The notes under the pieces: model-generated | Seen by the model: the letters and a program-made list of their open reading frames with translations, nothing else | The model's database searches: none | What the model was told of the DNA's origin: nothing | Part shown: piece by piece, positions 47,587 to 59,533 of the stretch | Numbering within the stretch: position 1 is the stretch's first letter | How the letters are laid out: every line of letters starts with the position of its first letter | Position numbers and translations under genes: made by a program | Source: Naegleria gruberi | Taxonomy: Eukaryota | Length of the DNA: 64,000 bases | Direction: 5' to 3' (one strand) | Assembly: GCA_000004985.1 (NCBI GenBank) | Contig: GG738851.1

Positions 47587-48309
47587 ATGTTAAAACAATC
47601 TATTCTTTCATCGAGGAGACTTTTGTCATCAGGAACTTTTAATTATTTCCGTACCAGTTTAAATAATAACAATTTTCTGTCTGTGATCGCTAATCACAAA
47701 GGCTTGGATCATCAATTTTCTTCATGTTTATTCGCAAAACAATCATTAAATTCAAATCAATCTAGTAGTAATAATAGTAATAATACAACAACATCGGAAT
47801 CATCAAAAACTGAAGAAGAACTTAGACAAGAAATAGCAGAAGAAGAACGTAAAATTAAAGAATTGGAAAAACAATTATATTCTGAAAAACAAGCCATGTC
47901 AATGATTTTCAAAGCCTCTGGATCTTCGTTCGGATTTAAACGACGTTCCGATGACGGTGATGCAAATAATCCAAATATTCCTCAATTAAGTCCAGAAGAA
48001 TCATTAAAGGCTAGAGTATTAGGTTATAAATTAGCATCACTCGCACTTGTCTATGGAACATTATTGAATGTTGCCGCTGCTATTATCTTTATTTTGATTT
48101 GTTACTTTGTTTTCGATATTAAAACTGTTTTGGATTTGAAAAATGTGATTAGAAGGATAATAAGAGGCAAAGATTATCAACATGCAGATGAAAATTTAAC
48201 ACCAGAACAACGAGTTGAAAAGATGACACAATTATTCAAATCAACAATTGTTAAACAAAATGAAATTAAGGATTCAGAAAAGGAAGATAAGTCTGAGAAT
48301 CAAAATTAA
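47587..48309 (+). CDS. hypothetical protein with mitochondrial-type presequence and one TM helix
   Basis: MLKQSILSSRRLLSSG.. presequence, a coiled EEELRQEIAEEERKIKELEKQ segment and a single hydrophobic helix. Confidence 0.4.
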   Translation: MLKQSILSSRRLLSSGTFNYFRTSLNNNNFLSVIANHKGLDHQFSSCLFAKQSLNSNQSSSNNSNNTTTSESSKTEEELRQEIAEEERKIKELEKQLYSEKQAMSMIFKASGSSFGFKRRSDDGDANNPNIPQLSPEESLKARVLGYKLASLALVYGTLLNVAAAIIFILICYFVFDIKTVLDLKNVIRRIIRGKDYQHADENLTPEQRVEKMTQLFKSTIVKQNEIKDSEKEDKSENQN

Positions 48310-48571
48310 CAATATAATCTTGTTTCAATTGACTGTCAACAAGTACAAATGTTGGTTGTCCATAGTTCAAAATTTACTACGGTGATTTTTTTTATAAATG
48401 GCCCTTTGACTTACCATTCTAAAACATTTGTCACTAATCAAATTGCCAAAAAGTAAAGTTTGAGCAAAAATCATCCGGTTGATTATCACTTCATATCGTG
48501 CTGGCCAGCAACATGTATCATTCATAGGATTTTGCCTTCATAACGAATCAATCCCATTAGTTTATGAGAAA

Positions 48572-49852
48572 CAAAGAAAAATGGCAACAACACCTCAACA
48601 ACAATTTACCAACAACACCAACACGACATCCATATTTTCCCTAAGCAATAACCAACAACAGCAACAACCACTCCACAATCAGCAGCAACAATTCCACAGC
48701 AGCACAAATCACAACAACATGCAAATAATGAATCATGTGAATGAAAACTCCAACAATGGCAACAAACCAACAACTCCTCAAACCATTTTCAATCATAATG
48801 CAATGAATGGTGTTTCGTCTGTTGTTACTCCTCCTCAACAACAACAACAACAACACCATACAGTTTTGCAACATCGAGTGATTAACATGTCATCCAACAC
48901 AACCAATAATTCCACTCAACAACAAACTCCTGTTATCTTTACTGGTGGTGGCAAGGGAAGTAACATGTTGCTGAATGCAAATACCTTGAATCAACAACCA
49001 GGTACAAACCTGATTCAAAACATTCAATCGTCATCATCTTCTACACAACTCATGAAGGAAGAATCTATGGAAGAATTATTGGTTGAAGGATTGGAAAGAT
49101 ATAAAACATTTGGTGACTTACTCAAACAACAACAGCTACCAAATAATAATCAGAGAATGAATGTGGTGATGAATCAATTAGTTTCGAATATTGACATGCA
49201 CAATCTTCAACAAGATGTTGCTAAACAACAAACAAATTCTCCAATTGTGGATGTGGATTCGATTGTTTATTCATTAACTAATCATTTACAATCTTCGAAT
49301 ATTGGTTTGGTCAATCCTCAACAATTTCAATCCTCCTCACCAAATGCTTCCCACCAATCATTAATGAATCAAAACATTCCTGCAACCACCATTACCACTT
49401 CTTCCTCCGTTTTGAAAGCAAATAATTCCCAACTTTCGAATAATATTGCATCCAATTCTTCAACTTTTTCTAACGTGATTAATCTTTCCAACTTTAATGA
49501 CAACAATTCATCACAATTCATTTCTAACAATTCAAATGAAAGCTCCAGTGCTTCTTCTACCACAAACTTTCTTAGTTTATTAACATCCAATACAGTTTCG
49601 AATAGCAATAATACTATTGTAAACTCCTCAAATACAATTCAACAACAACCTCAACCTTCAACTTCAACAAGTGAAATGCCAGCCCCTAAAAAGAGAAAAT
49701 CAAAAGATAACACAAATAAGGAAACCAAAAGAAAGAAGAATGATGTTCCATATTCTTCCATTCTTTCTTTTCAATCAGGAAATTCAAAGGCGAAAAAAGG
49801 AGTTCAATTTCATAATTATGATCCAAACCAAGATTATCAAACAGAGAATTAA
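48572..49852 (+). CDS. Q/N/S-rich low-complexity nuclear-type protein with basic C-terminal KKRK patch
   Basis: ATG MATTPQQQF..; poly-Q runs; C-terminal PKKRKSKDNTNKETKRKK. Confidence 0.45.
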   Translation, partial: QRKMATTPQQQFTNNTNTTSIFSLSNNQQQQQPLHNQQQQFHSSTNHNNMQIMNHVNENSNNGNKPTTPQTIFNHNAMNGVSSVVTPPQQQQQQHHTVLQHRVINMSSNTTNNSTQQQTPVIFTGGGKGSNMLLNANTLNQQPGTNLIQNIQSSSSSTQLMKEESMEELLVEGLERYKTFGDLLKQQQLPNNNQRMNVVMNQLVSNIDMHNLQQDVAKQQTNSPIVDVDSIVYSLTNHLQSSNIGLVNPQQFQSSSPNASHQSLMNQNIPATTITTSSSVLKANNSQLSNNIASNSSTFSNVINLSNFNDNNSSQFISNNSNESSSASSTTNFLSLLTSNTVSNSNNTIVNSSNTIQQQPQPSTSTSEMPAPKKRKSKDNTNKETKRKKNDVPYSSILSFQSGNSKAKKGVQFHNYDPNQDYQTEN

Positions 49853-50809
49853 CAATTTTTGAGATTAAAATCAGGTATAAAACTTGATTTTGGGAATTCA
49901 AACTAAAGTTTCTTTTTGATTAAATTATTCGAAACGTTTCTTTCAGACAAAATTGATCACATTGTAACAATACAAATGATTACAAATGATAGTGAACAGT
50001 TAGGGCTTCTTTTATTTACATTTCTAATAATATTTACAAAAACTGATCATTCGAAACACTTTAATGCTTCTCCTTTTCTCTTTCTTCTCTTTCTCTCTTC
50101 AACATTTCCTGAAAGAATGGAGTATCAAATGCACCACATGATATTCCAATTCTTCCCGTTGACAAATCACCTCCATAGGTAGCCAAATGTGAACAAGATG
50201 GTTTCACTGTGGATGTTGTTGAAGTATTGATAGCAGCAGAAGTTGGGTTGTTACTAGTTGATGAATTCATGATATTTTAATTGAATGTTTTGTTTTGATC
50301 TTTTTGTTCTGGATTTGTTTTATTTCTAATTTTAAGTGCACAGTTCAATGAATGCAAAATGAAAATGTTCAAATTGAACCTCAATTTCAAAAAATTAATA
50401 ATGAACAGTTTACAAAAGCCAATTCAAGCTCTTGGCGTCAATCCAATTGTTTCTTCTCAAAATCTAATTTTTAAAAAAGGTTTGAATACCAGGTTTGAGA
50501 AAATGGTGGAGAACACAACGATAATGGTTTTCTTGTTGTTTGCTTAATGTCATCTACCAGTTCTTGCAACTGATGTTCAACTGATTCATGTATAAATTTC
50601 TATGAGGATGAGCAACAAACAAGCACTGAGTTACTCAATTATTACATAACATGAACCAGGTTTGTGTCCAGAAACAAAAATCAGTTCATTGAAAGAATTT
50701 CTTTACATACGAACTATTTGCTAAAAATACACTCCAAAAACAAGTATAAAAAGTGAGGAAGTGCTTTGAATTCAAGAAAAACAATAAGAAAAACAAAACA
50801 ACAAACACA

Positions 50810-51271
50810 ATGCAATTATTTGTCAAGACACTCACTGGTAAAACCATCACATTGGAAGTTGAATCTAATGATTCAATTGAAAACGTCAAGTCAAAGATTC
50901 AAGATAAGGAAGGAATTCCACCAGAACAACAAAGACTCATCTATGCAGGTAAACAATTGGAAGATGGCAGAACTATTAATGATTATAACATTCAAAAAGA
51001 CTCCACACTTCATTTGGTATTGAGATTGAGAGGAGGAATGCAACTTTTTGTAAAAACCTTAACTGGAAAGACAATTACTATTGAAATGGAATCAAATGAT
51101 ACTGTTGAGAATATGAAACAAAAGATATTTGATAAGGAAGGTATTCCTTCAGATCAACAACGATTGATTTATGCAGGAAAACAATTAGAAGATGGCAGAA
51201 CAATTAGTGATTACAATCTTCAAAAGGATTCAACTGTACATTTAGTATTGAGATTGAGAGGAGGTTGTTAA
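50810..51271 (+). CDS. tandem di-ubiquitin-like protein, paralog of 13424..13885
   Basis: Same two-UBL architecture ending RGGC. The CDS is roughly 95% identical at the DNA level to the first copy, while the flanks differ. Confidence 0.8.
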   Translation: MQLFVKTLTGKTITLEVESNDSIENVKSKIQDKEGIPPEQQRLIYAGKQLEDGRTINDYNIQKDSTLHLVLRLRGGMQLFVKTLTGKTITIEMESNDTVENMKQKIFDKEGIPSDQQRLIYAGKQLEDGRTISDYNLQKDSTVHLVLRLRGGC

Positions 51272-52000
51272 TCATAATATTATGAGAATGAACCATTGAA
51301 AATAAATCTTGTATTATATCCCACTTGTTCAGAATTTTTATTGGATAGTCAATTTGTTTTACTCTTTGTTATTAGATCTGAAAATATTTAATAGGATTCT
51401 CAGAGAAGATTTCATTAACAATTAAGTTGGTATTCATAATTTTGAAACCCTTAAAAGAATTTGTCTCCGTAAATAGTGCTCAATGTTTAGTTATCAATAA
51501 GAGAATGTCAAATGTTGTTTGAAATGAAAAACATCAACCAGTGCTCTCAAAAAGGTTAGAATCAGAATACTGCTGGTTGTTCTCATTCTAAAATGTTATG
51601 AGATTGAGATTTGGAAGTTTGCTTCCCAATATCATTCAATATTTTGCAATCACTAAAATTTCTTATATCTTAGCCAATTCAAATTTGAATAAAACCATTT
51701 GAACTCTATCAATAGACCAACTCTCTTCTCAATTATTAACAATGTTCATTCCACTACATGAACTCTTGTTCTTCCTCCACCACATGCTATCAAACTCGCT
51801 CTTACAAAAAAACCCATAAAACGAAATCCATCATAAAAATAAATTCTTTTTTCCAGAGCAAAAAAAATCGTAAAATTTCTTTTTGCAAAACCGGCACAAC
51901 GAATCTTTTGTGTGTCGTCATCCACTTCCTCTCCTCTCTAAAAAGAATCCTGAATAATTATTATTATTATCAGTAGTATTAGCATTAGTAGTATCGGAAA

Positions 52001-55000
52001 ATGCAAACCATTGTAGATATTGTCAAACCAAAACTCGATACAAGAGAGTATAAAGTCTTGAAATTGGTGAATGAATTGGAAGTCTTATTGGTGAGTGATA
52101 GTGAATCACAAACATCTGCAGCTGCTATGGATGTTAAAGTTGGACACTTTTCCGATCCTGCTGATTTTCCTGGAGTAAGTTATTATGAGATTCGGAGCCT
52201 TTTTAAAGTTATATAGTTGGCTCACTTTTGTGAACATATGTGTTTTTTAGGTTCATCTAAATATCCACAAGAAGGAGAATATCAAGAATTTATTAAAAAG
52301 AATGGAGGAAGTACAAATGCAGGCACTTCTACAGAAACAACAGGATTTTACTTTTCTGTTCAAAGTGGACAATTGGAAAAGGCATTGGATATGTTTGCAC
52401 AATTTTTCATTGCACCATCTTTTACTGAAAGTGCAACTGGAAGAGAAATTCTTGCTGTGGACAGTGAACATAAGAAAAATTTGAATGAAGATCATTGGAG
52501 ACAATATCAAATTTTAAAATCTAATTCAAATTCTCAACATCCATTTTCAAAATTCGCAACAGGTTGTGTGGAAACTTTGGATACTACACCTAAGGAAAGA
52601 AATATGAATGTTAGGGATGCCTTGATGGAATTCCATTCAAAGTATTACTCTAGTAATCAAATGAAACTTTGTATTCTTGGAAATCAACCAATTTCACAAC
52701 TTGAAGAATGGGCTGTCACCAAATTTAGTGAAATCAAGAACATGGGTTCACAAACCCATCACTTTTATCCTAAAGATGTTAAGCCATTCGAAAAGGAACA
52801 AATTTCAAAGTTTATCAGAACCAAGACCATTTCCGATATTACAGAATTACTAGTTTTATTCCCAATTACAATGAAATCTGATCATGTTGAGGGAAGAAAT
52901 ATGATTTACAAGTACAAACCTGACAAGTATATCACCCATTTACTTGGCCATGAAGGAAAGGGGTCATTGTTTTCATACCTGAAAAAACTTGGATGGAGTA
53001 GTAGTTTATCTGCTGGTCCTTTCCTTAGAGTTGGAGGAGTTCATCAAGAAATTGACTCCTTTACATCATTCACTCTTTACTCTGTTACTATAGAATTAAC
53101 ATCAGAAGGTGAATCGCATATCAAAGAAATTGTAGAAAAGCTCTTTGAGTTCATTGATTTGGTAAGAAGTCAACCAGTTCAAAAATGGGTATTTGACGAA
53201 ATTACTCATTTGGCTGAAATTGGATTGCAAAATCTTGAATTCCCAAGTGCAATGCAATGCGCAAGTGATTTGTCTCAAAATTTGACCAAGTATTTGCCAA
53301 AAGATGTTATTTCTGGAGCTCATCTCATTGAATACAATGAAGTTGCAATCATTGAATTCATGCAACAACTCAAGGCCAATAACTTTAACATTTATTATCA
53401 AAAGAATAGCTTTGATGATACTAATTTCCTTGAAGAAAAGTGGTATGGAACCAAGTACAGTGTAGAACATATTGAAAAAGATTGGATTGAACACCTCTCC
53501 AATGTTAAACACGTAACACCTGAATTGGATTTCCCACCAAGAAATCCATTCATTCCTGAAGATTTATCAATCAAGGGTGTTATTGACCAAGCAGAAAATA
53601 GTCAACCTCCTGTTCTCATTACTGATGATTCTAAAATCAAAACTTGGTTCAAACAAGATAATTATTTCGGAACTCCTCGTGGTAGTTTAATTTACAATAT
53701 TATTCTTCCTCAAACTAAAGCAGATCCAAGAACTGTTATTCAAGCAGAATTATTTGCAGAACTTGTTATGGATTATTTGAATGAAGAAGCTTATTTGGCT
53801 CAAGTTGCAGGAATTCAATATACCATCTCATTCAATCCAAATGGTATTAACGTTATTGTAATTGGTTTTAATGACAAACTCTTGCAAGTTAATAACAAGG
53901 TTTTGCAAACTATGGTTGACTGTGCTGATAAGAAACTTCTTTCTGAACAAAGATTTAATGTAATTATGGAGCTTCTTTCTAGAAACTACAAGAATTTCCC
54001 ATTCTCTCAACCATATGAACACGCCATGATTGAAAGTATTAGATTCATGTATCAAAGAAAATTCTGTGCTCTTGATTACATTCAAGTTGTTGACTCTATC
54101 ACTTTTGAAAGTTTCTATAATTTTGTTCAAATGTGGATGACAACATTGAGAGTTGAATTGTTAGTTCATGGTAACTTTACAAAGGAAGAAGCAGAAATAA
54201 TTTCAATGGAAACTGAAAATATTCTTTACAAAAATAGAAGTACCACAGTTAGTGTACCACTTCCATGTCAAGAAAATAGAGAATATGTTGTTCAACTGCC
54301 AGCTGGTACTGATATTCTAGTTCCAGTTTTAAGTTATAATCCATCAAATCCAAATCATGGTCTTGAAATTGTTTACCAACTAGGTTTAAGAAGTTTTGAA
54401 TTAGATACTGTAAGTTGAATGATATTTATTAATTTTATTAACTCTACCAAGTTGGCTGAATTATTTAATCAAATTGTTTCTACACCATACTATAGTTATT
54501 TGCGTACTGAAAAGCAATTGGGTTATATTGTTCACTCTAGAGTTAGATTTGATCATAACGTTTGCTCGTTCAGTTGCATTTTACAATCACCAACCTATGA
54601 TCCAAAGCACATTCTCACAGAAAATGATACATTTATGGAAAGCTTTGGAGAAATTTTGGCTGCAATCACAGAACAAGATCTTCAAGAAATTATCAATTCC
54701 TTAATTACAAAGATAATGGAAAAGGAAAAGAAGATGAAAATTGAATCAGCCAGATTAATGACTGAAATCTCAAATCAACAATACAAGTTTGATAGAAGAG
54801 AAAGAAAAGTTGAAACTCTTAAGAAATTTACAAAGCAACACCTTATTGATTTGTATAATGATTATTTGATTCCTAGTGGATCAAAATTCAAGAGAGCTTC
54901 ATTCCTTCTCTTTGCTAGTTCTGATGCTAAATCATATGAAAATGTTGCAACATTCAAAGATGAAAGAAAATCCATTCTCGTTTCAGATAGATTCAATTTC

Positions 55001-55042
55001 AAAAATTCTCTTCCTCTTTTCCCAACTTTGACTGATTATTAA
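52001..55042 (+). CDS. IDE: insulin-degrading-enzyme-like M16A zinc metalloprotease; exons 52001..52174, 52217..54409, 54452..55042
   Basis: SAAAMDVKVGHFSDPADFPG|LAHFCEHMCFLGSSKYP is the HxxEH zinc motif, split by a 42-nt intron (GTAAGT..ATATAG). A second 42-nt intron (54410..54451, GTAAGT..CCAAG) precedes LAELFNQIVSTPYYSYLRTEKQLGYIV. The full length is collinear with IDE/nardilysin. Confidence 0.9.
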
Positions 55043-55248
55043 ATTATTTTTTAAATTGTTAATAATTTGTTATTTAATATTTTTATTTTTTGAAACATCA
55101 GGAACTTTGTATATTTGTGTATCAGTGAGAGGAGTGGATATTGGCTGGGATAATTTGTTGTGGATGGCGGGAAATATATTCATCGGAAGAAGGTAAATAG
55201 TAGTGGTACATTTGTGGTGAATTACAAATTCGTGTTGTGCATTGTGGA

Positions 55249-56142
55249 TTATTTTCCATTTTCATTTCTCTTCTTTAAAATATATCGTGTTATGTGGGAT
55301 TTTGTTATCTTTCTGTTTACATTTCTTACAGGTTTAAGTAATGATTCCAATCTATAATTCTGAATCAAAAAATGTGGACTTAGTGATAAATCTTCAAGAA
55401 GTGTTTGATATGCTTCCTTATTTCCTTTACAAATATCATTTAACAATACAGGGTGAACGTGTTGACTTAAAAACTTCTTTCTTTCTGGAATTGATCTATC
55501 AAATACTTGATCAAATGATGTGGCTTCTGGAGGGGGTAAAAGTACTGATTTTTTCTTCTTTGGTGTTTTTTGTTTTGACTTAGGTGAAGTTATTTTTCTT
55601 CTATTATCATTCTCTTCGGAATAATTATTGGAAATTAAATTTACATTACTACTACTAGGATCAGAAGGAAATTCACCAATTATAGGTTGAATTTTAGTTT
55701 CCCAACATTGATCACAACAAATATTCTTTGCTTGTCTTTGTTTTTTAAGATAGTCTAGGTGTTTATCGGAAACCATAAAGCTCAAATTACTAGGTAGTCT
55801 TTTAATTTGATCTGTTGCAACAAGAAAACCATTTGGATGTCCCTTTTCATTTTCGCACAAACAACATAATTTTCTAACAAGACCATCTGATGATTTTTTC
55901 TTCCTTTCAGTAGGTACTGCTGTAACTTGATTATTTGTACTACTACTACCACTAGAATTTATACCACCAATAGAATTACTAGATTTATCACTTGATGATG
56001 GTGATGGTAGCTGTGGAATTGACATTGAATCCGGGATATCAAATGTTGGTGTAGCAGCATTTAAAACATATATTATATCATCAGGGTCAAAGGGTGGTAA
56101 AACCATATTCATGTTGTGGCCTGTTGGTTGTAAGTAAGACAT
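55249..56142 (-). CDS. hypothetical protein with Cys-rich central segment (possible zinc-binding) and basic region
   Basis: ATG ORF with LCCLCENEKGH..ICCDQCW. No family recognised. Confidence 0.45.
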   Translation of the reverse strand: MSYLQPTGHNMNMVLPPFDPDDIIYVLNAATPTFDIPDSMSIPQLPSPSSSDKSSNSIGGINSSGSSSTNNQVTAVPTERKKKSSDGLVRKLCCLCENEKGHPNGFLVATDQIKRLPSNLSFMVSDKHLDYLKKQRQAKNICCDQCWETKIQPIIGEFPSDPSSSNVNLISNNYSEENDNRRKITSPKSKQKTPKKKKSVLLPPPEATSFDQVFDRSIPERKKFLSQHVHPVLLNDICKGNKEAYQTLLEDLSLSPHFLIQNYRLESLLKPVRNVNRKITKSHITRYILKKRNENGK

Positions 56143-56424
56143 TTTTTAATGATGATGATGATGAATTTTTTCAGTTCAACTGCTGATGCTGCAATTGTGT
56201 TTTTTAGTGTGGTGTTGTTGTTGTTGATGTTGAAAGAACTTTTTTTTCTAGAATTTTACAGCCTTTTTAAAAGCATTCTAATAGGACCATCAATAAGAGA
56301 GACAATCACCATAAATATCCAAGCATTTCATCATGGAACAAGTATCATGAAGAATAGATAATACAATAACAAAACATGTAATCATTATGAATCATATTGT
56401 CAGGTTGCAGTCTCAGTTATCCAT

Positions 56425-56600
56425 CAGCTTTAAATGTGATTTTTAATGATGATGATGAATAATGTGGATCCGACATGGATATCTTCATCATGATGATGAA
56501 TTATTTAGTAATCCACATTTTCTTCATCATGATAATGATCATTAAAGCACTTGGACTTGCTCTAACTGTTGCAATTTCTTGGTGGCAGGTGTATCAAGCC
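56425..56600. repeat. ~175-bp dispersed repeat copy A (degenerate copy of the 3' coding end of gene 60235..60868)
   Basis: Aligns to 60160..60335 in the same orientation (..tttaaatgt..aatgatgatgaataatgt..ttttcttcatc(a/g)tgatgatgatcatt..cttggatttgctctaactgttg(c/g)aatttctgg). Copy A carries indels and in-frame stops. Confidence 0.6.
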
Positions 56601-56677
56601 TTGAAACTGATTACATTCTCCAACTAATTAGTATTATTTCAAGTTGATAAACACTTGAAAAGAGAATATATCATACT

Positions 56678-59533
56678 TTATTCAAAATGTTTCAATTTAC
56701 AAACCTTCCACCATTTCCACATTTTGAGATTGGATGGTTGTCTAGCTTTGGATTTCCTTTTCATTAAAACCACAACTAATATGACAATAAGGATAATTAT
56801 GAGTGCAAGAATTGAAACCACAACTATTGGAACAACCACAGCAGCTGCAATGGCCCCACCACTCATTAATTCTTCCTTTGCAAAATCATTTCTTCCCTCA
56901 GAGGTTGATGGGATTGAAACTACTATAGTTCTAGAAGGATTCGAATACTTATGAATAGAAATTGGAGAAGTAGTTTGAACGGAATCACTGATTATTGTTT
57001 GATTTTTGAAAATTAGATATGATAATGCAGTCAGTTTTCCAACTGTAACTCCGATAGGAATACTTGTTGTAAAGTTTGATGAAAGCAATGGAAACTGATG
57101 GAATGACAAAAATTGATCATCAATATAGTAAGCAATAACTAATTCGATCTGCTCACTGGAATTGAAGTAGCCCAAGAAGTTGTCTTGTACAATACTGAAG
57201 GAAAGCGATGAAGTGATAAATTGAACATAGTCAACCGAAGCATTGAATTGCAACAACATGGAAGAATTAGTGAGATATCTGTACTGACACTGTTCTCCCA
57301 CAATGCCTTTCATACATTTGCAAGTGTTGAAATTTTCACATTCTCCCTGGGAATTGCAAACTGTTGAATCGTTAGATAACTTATCGAAACAAAAGGTCAC
57401 ATTACATGATTCTCCCATCCACTTTGAAATATTGTTGCACTTGCAAGTATCGAATGATAGACAAGTACCATTTCCTTCATTACAAACATGTGTGGAGTAT
57501 TGTTCAATTCCAAAACATGTGGTAAATTCACAATTCTTTCCAGAATATCCTTCATTACATTTACATTCGTCTACATCTATGCATTTACCATTTTGAGAAC
57601 AAACTGATGAGTGGTTATGTAGTATTTCTTTACATTTGAATAGCTGACAATTCTCTCCAAAATAACCCTCCACTTCTCTGCACGAACATTGATTTGGGGC
57701 AAGGCAATTACCTCTTGAAGAACAAACTTGTGAGGAATTCTTCTTAATTCCAAAACAATCAAACATTTCACATTGATCTCCATAATAACCATCATGACAT
57801 GTGCAATTATTAGCAGAAGCACATCTACCATGAGAAGAGCAAACTGAGCTATTATCAAATTTGACTCCAAAGCAATCGAAACTTTCACATTGATTTCCAT
57901 AATAAGCACTGTTGATACATGAGCAATTGTTTGGTGAGGTACATACACCTCTTGAGGAGCAAACAGATGAAGAATTCTTCTTAATTCCAAAACAATCATA
58001 CATTTCACATTGATTTCCATAATAACCATCATGACATGTGCAATTATTGGCGGAAGCACATCTACCATGAGAAGAGCAAACTGAACTATTATCAAATTTG
58101 ACTCCAAAGCAATCGAAATTTTGACAGCTGACTCCATAATATCCTTTCATGCAGGTGCAATTATTTGGAGATGCACAACTTCCACGTGAAGAGCAAACAG
58201 ATGAGGAATTCTTCTCTACACCAAAACAAGCATGCATTTCACATCGATTTCCATAATATCCACCACTACATGAGCAATAGTTTGGTGAGGTACATACACC
58301 TCTTGAAGAGCAAACAGATGAAGAATTCTTCTTAATTCCATAACATTCATACATTTCACATTGATTTCCATAGTAGCCCTCCTCACAAGTGCAATTATTT
58401 CTGGATGAGCATTGCCCATGAGCAGAACAAACATTTGACTGATTTGAAGGAATGTTATAACATTCAAATGAGTTACAATAAGCTCCATGATAACCACTCC
58501 AACATTCACAAGTGTGTGTTGATACATTGAAAGAAGAGAATCGATCACAAAATGGAATAAGCTTTCGAATCTCAGATTGGGTTGCAAAAATGATTTCTCC
58601 ATTAGTGGGACATATTGAGATACTTGAAGGTCCATATATTCTCCCCAATGTAGCAAGAGAACCATCACCACTAGTTCCAGAAGTACCAGTTCCTGCCACT
58701 GTTGTTATAATACCATCCTTTGACACTCTTCTAATTCTGTGATTATTGACATCAGCAATGAAAACAACACCTGTTGGCAGGACATCTAAACCAGCAGGAG
58801 TATATAGCTGTGCATTGACTGCCAAACCACCATCACCACTAAAACCTAGAGTACCAGTGCCAGCAATAGTTGTAACTATTCCATCCTTATCAATCTTTCG
58901 AATTCTATGATTGAATGCATCTGCAAAGTAGATTGATCCAATTGCAGCAGTGATACCTCTTGGAGATGTAATTTTACAATCTTTAGCAAGCGAGCCATCG
59001 CCACCATAACCATAAGATGCTCCAGCAATGCGAACATTGGTTCCATTCTTGAATATTTGCTTGATTGAGTAGTCAGTACCAACCAACACATCATCAGTTT
59101 CACTCATTGTCAAGCTCACTGGAGAGAATGCTGAACCGTATGTTGAAATTATACCATTCTTGTCGACCTTTCTAACAATATTATTGATATTTTCAGTGAA
59201 GAATGTATCACCATCCTTGCTGAATCCAAGACCCATTGGTGAATTAAGTTTAGCATTGATTGCAAGACCACCATCACCTGAATATCCTCTAGAATTAAAT
59301 TGTCCTGCCAACCCAACAGATGTACCATTTGGATACTGGACAAACACATAGCTTTTTACTGTGTGTGCAACGTAGATTTCTCCACCTGAACCACAATGAG
59401 CATAGTATGATTGTTGAATACCACTAATAGGTGTGGCAAGTTTGTACTGAGGGTCATAACATGTGACCACATGTGATACACAATGCACAACTAGAAGGCA
59501 TATTAAGATGAATGAGAGTGTGTAGCCTTGCAT
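56678..59533 (-). CDS. type I membrane protein: signal peptide, NHL-repeat beta-propeller, ~10 EGF/tenascin-like Cys modules, TM helix, short basic tail
   Basis: Signal MQGYTLSFILICLLVVHCVS. NHL-type repeats (GDGGLA.NA.L..P.G.., NHRIRK..KDGI.TT.AGTG). Repeated C.S.G.C.....C.C..GY.G..C modules. C-terminal AAAVVVPIVVVSILALIIILIVILVVVLM then KRKSKAR. Confidence 0.75.
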   Translation of the reverse strand: MQGYTLSFILICLLVVHCVSHVVTCYDPQYKLATPISGIQQSYYAHCGSGGEIYVAHTVKSYVFVQYPNGTSVGLAGQFNSRGYSGDGGLAINAKLNSPMGLGFSKDGDTFFTENINNIVRKVDKNGIISTYGSAFSPVSLTMSETDDVLVGTDYSIKQIFKNGTNVRIAGASYGYGGDGSLAKDCKITSPRGITAAIGSIYFADAFNHRIRKIDKDGIVTTIAGTGTLGFSGDGGLAVNAQLYTPAGLDVLPTGVVFIADVNNHRIRRVSKDGIITTVAGTGTSGTSGDGSLATLGRIYGPSSISICPTNGEIIFATQSEIRKLIPFCDRFSSFNVSTHTCECWSGYHGAYCNSFECYNIPSNQSNVCSAHGQCSSRNNCTCEEGYYGNQCEMYECYGIKKNSSSVCSSRGVCTSPNYCSCSGGYYGNRCEMHACFGVEKNSSSVCSSRGSCASPNNCTCMKGYYGVSCQNFDCFGVKFDNSSVCSSHGRCASANNCTCHDGYYGNQCEMYDCFGIKKNSSSVCSSRGVCTSPNNCSCINSAYYGNQCESFDCFGVKFDNSSVCSSHGRCASANNCTCHDGYYGDQCEMFDCFGIKKNSSQVCSSRGNCLAPNQCSCREVEGYFGENCQLFKCKEILHNHSSVCSQNGKCIDVDECKCNEGYSGKNCEFTTCFGIEQYSTHVCNEGNGTCLSFDTCKCNNISKWMGESCNVTFCFDKLSNDSTVCNSQGECENFNTCKCMKGIVGEQCQYRYLTNSSMLLQFNASVDYVQFITSSLSFSIVQDNFLGYFNSSEQIELVIAYYIDDQFLSFHQFPLLSSNFTTSIPIGVTVGKLTALSYLIFKNQTIISDSVQTTSPISIHKYSNPSRTIVVSIPSTSEGRNDFAKEELMSGGAIAAAVVVPIVVVSILALIIILIVILVVVLMKRKSKARQPSNLKMWKWWKVCKLKHFE
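57650..58400 (-). repeat. near-identical tandem EGF-module repeats inside the NHL/EGF gene
   Basis: The ~70-aa unit FDCFGVKFDNSSVCSSHGRCASANNCTCHDGYYG(N/D)QCEM(Y/F)DCFGIKKNSS(S/Q)VCSSRG.C occurs twice almost verbatim, flanked by further diverged copies. The off-frame ORFs in the track (57577..58137, 58216..58671) reflect the repeat periodicity. Confidence 0.6.

Noticed and set aside
1170-48860. (CAA)n / poly-Q-N microsatellite-like runs (for example 1170..1195, 6340..6362, 48838..48858)
   Set aside because: They are in-frame coding homopolymer tracts typical of amoebozoan proteins, not separate repeat elements.
57303-59351. Multiple overlapping ORFs on both strands over the EGF-repeat region (57303..57596, 57577..58137, 58216..58671, 58512..58742, 58876..59351)
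   Set aside because: They are alternative-frame read-throughs of the periodic Cys-module repeats of the 56678..59533 gene, not independent genes.
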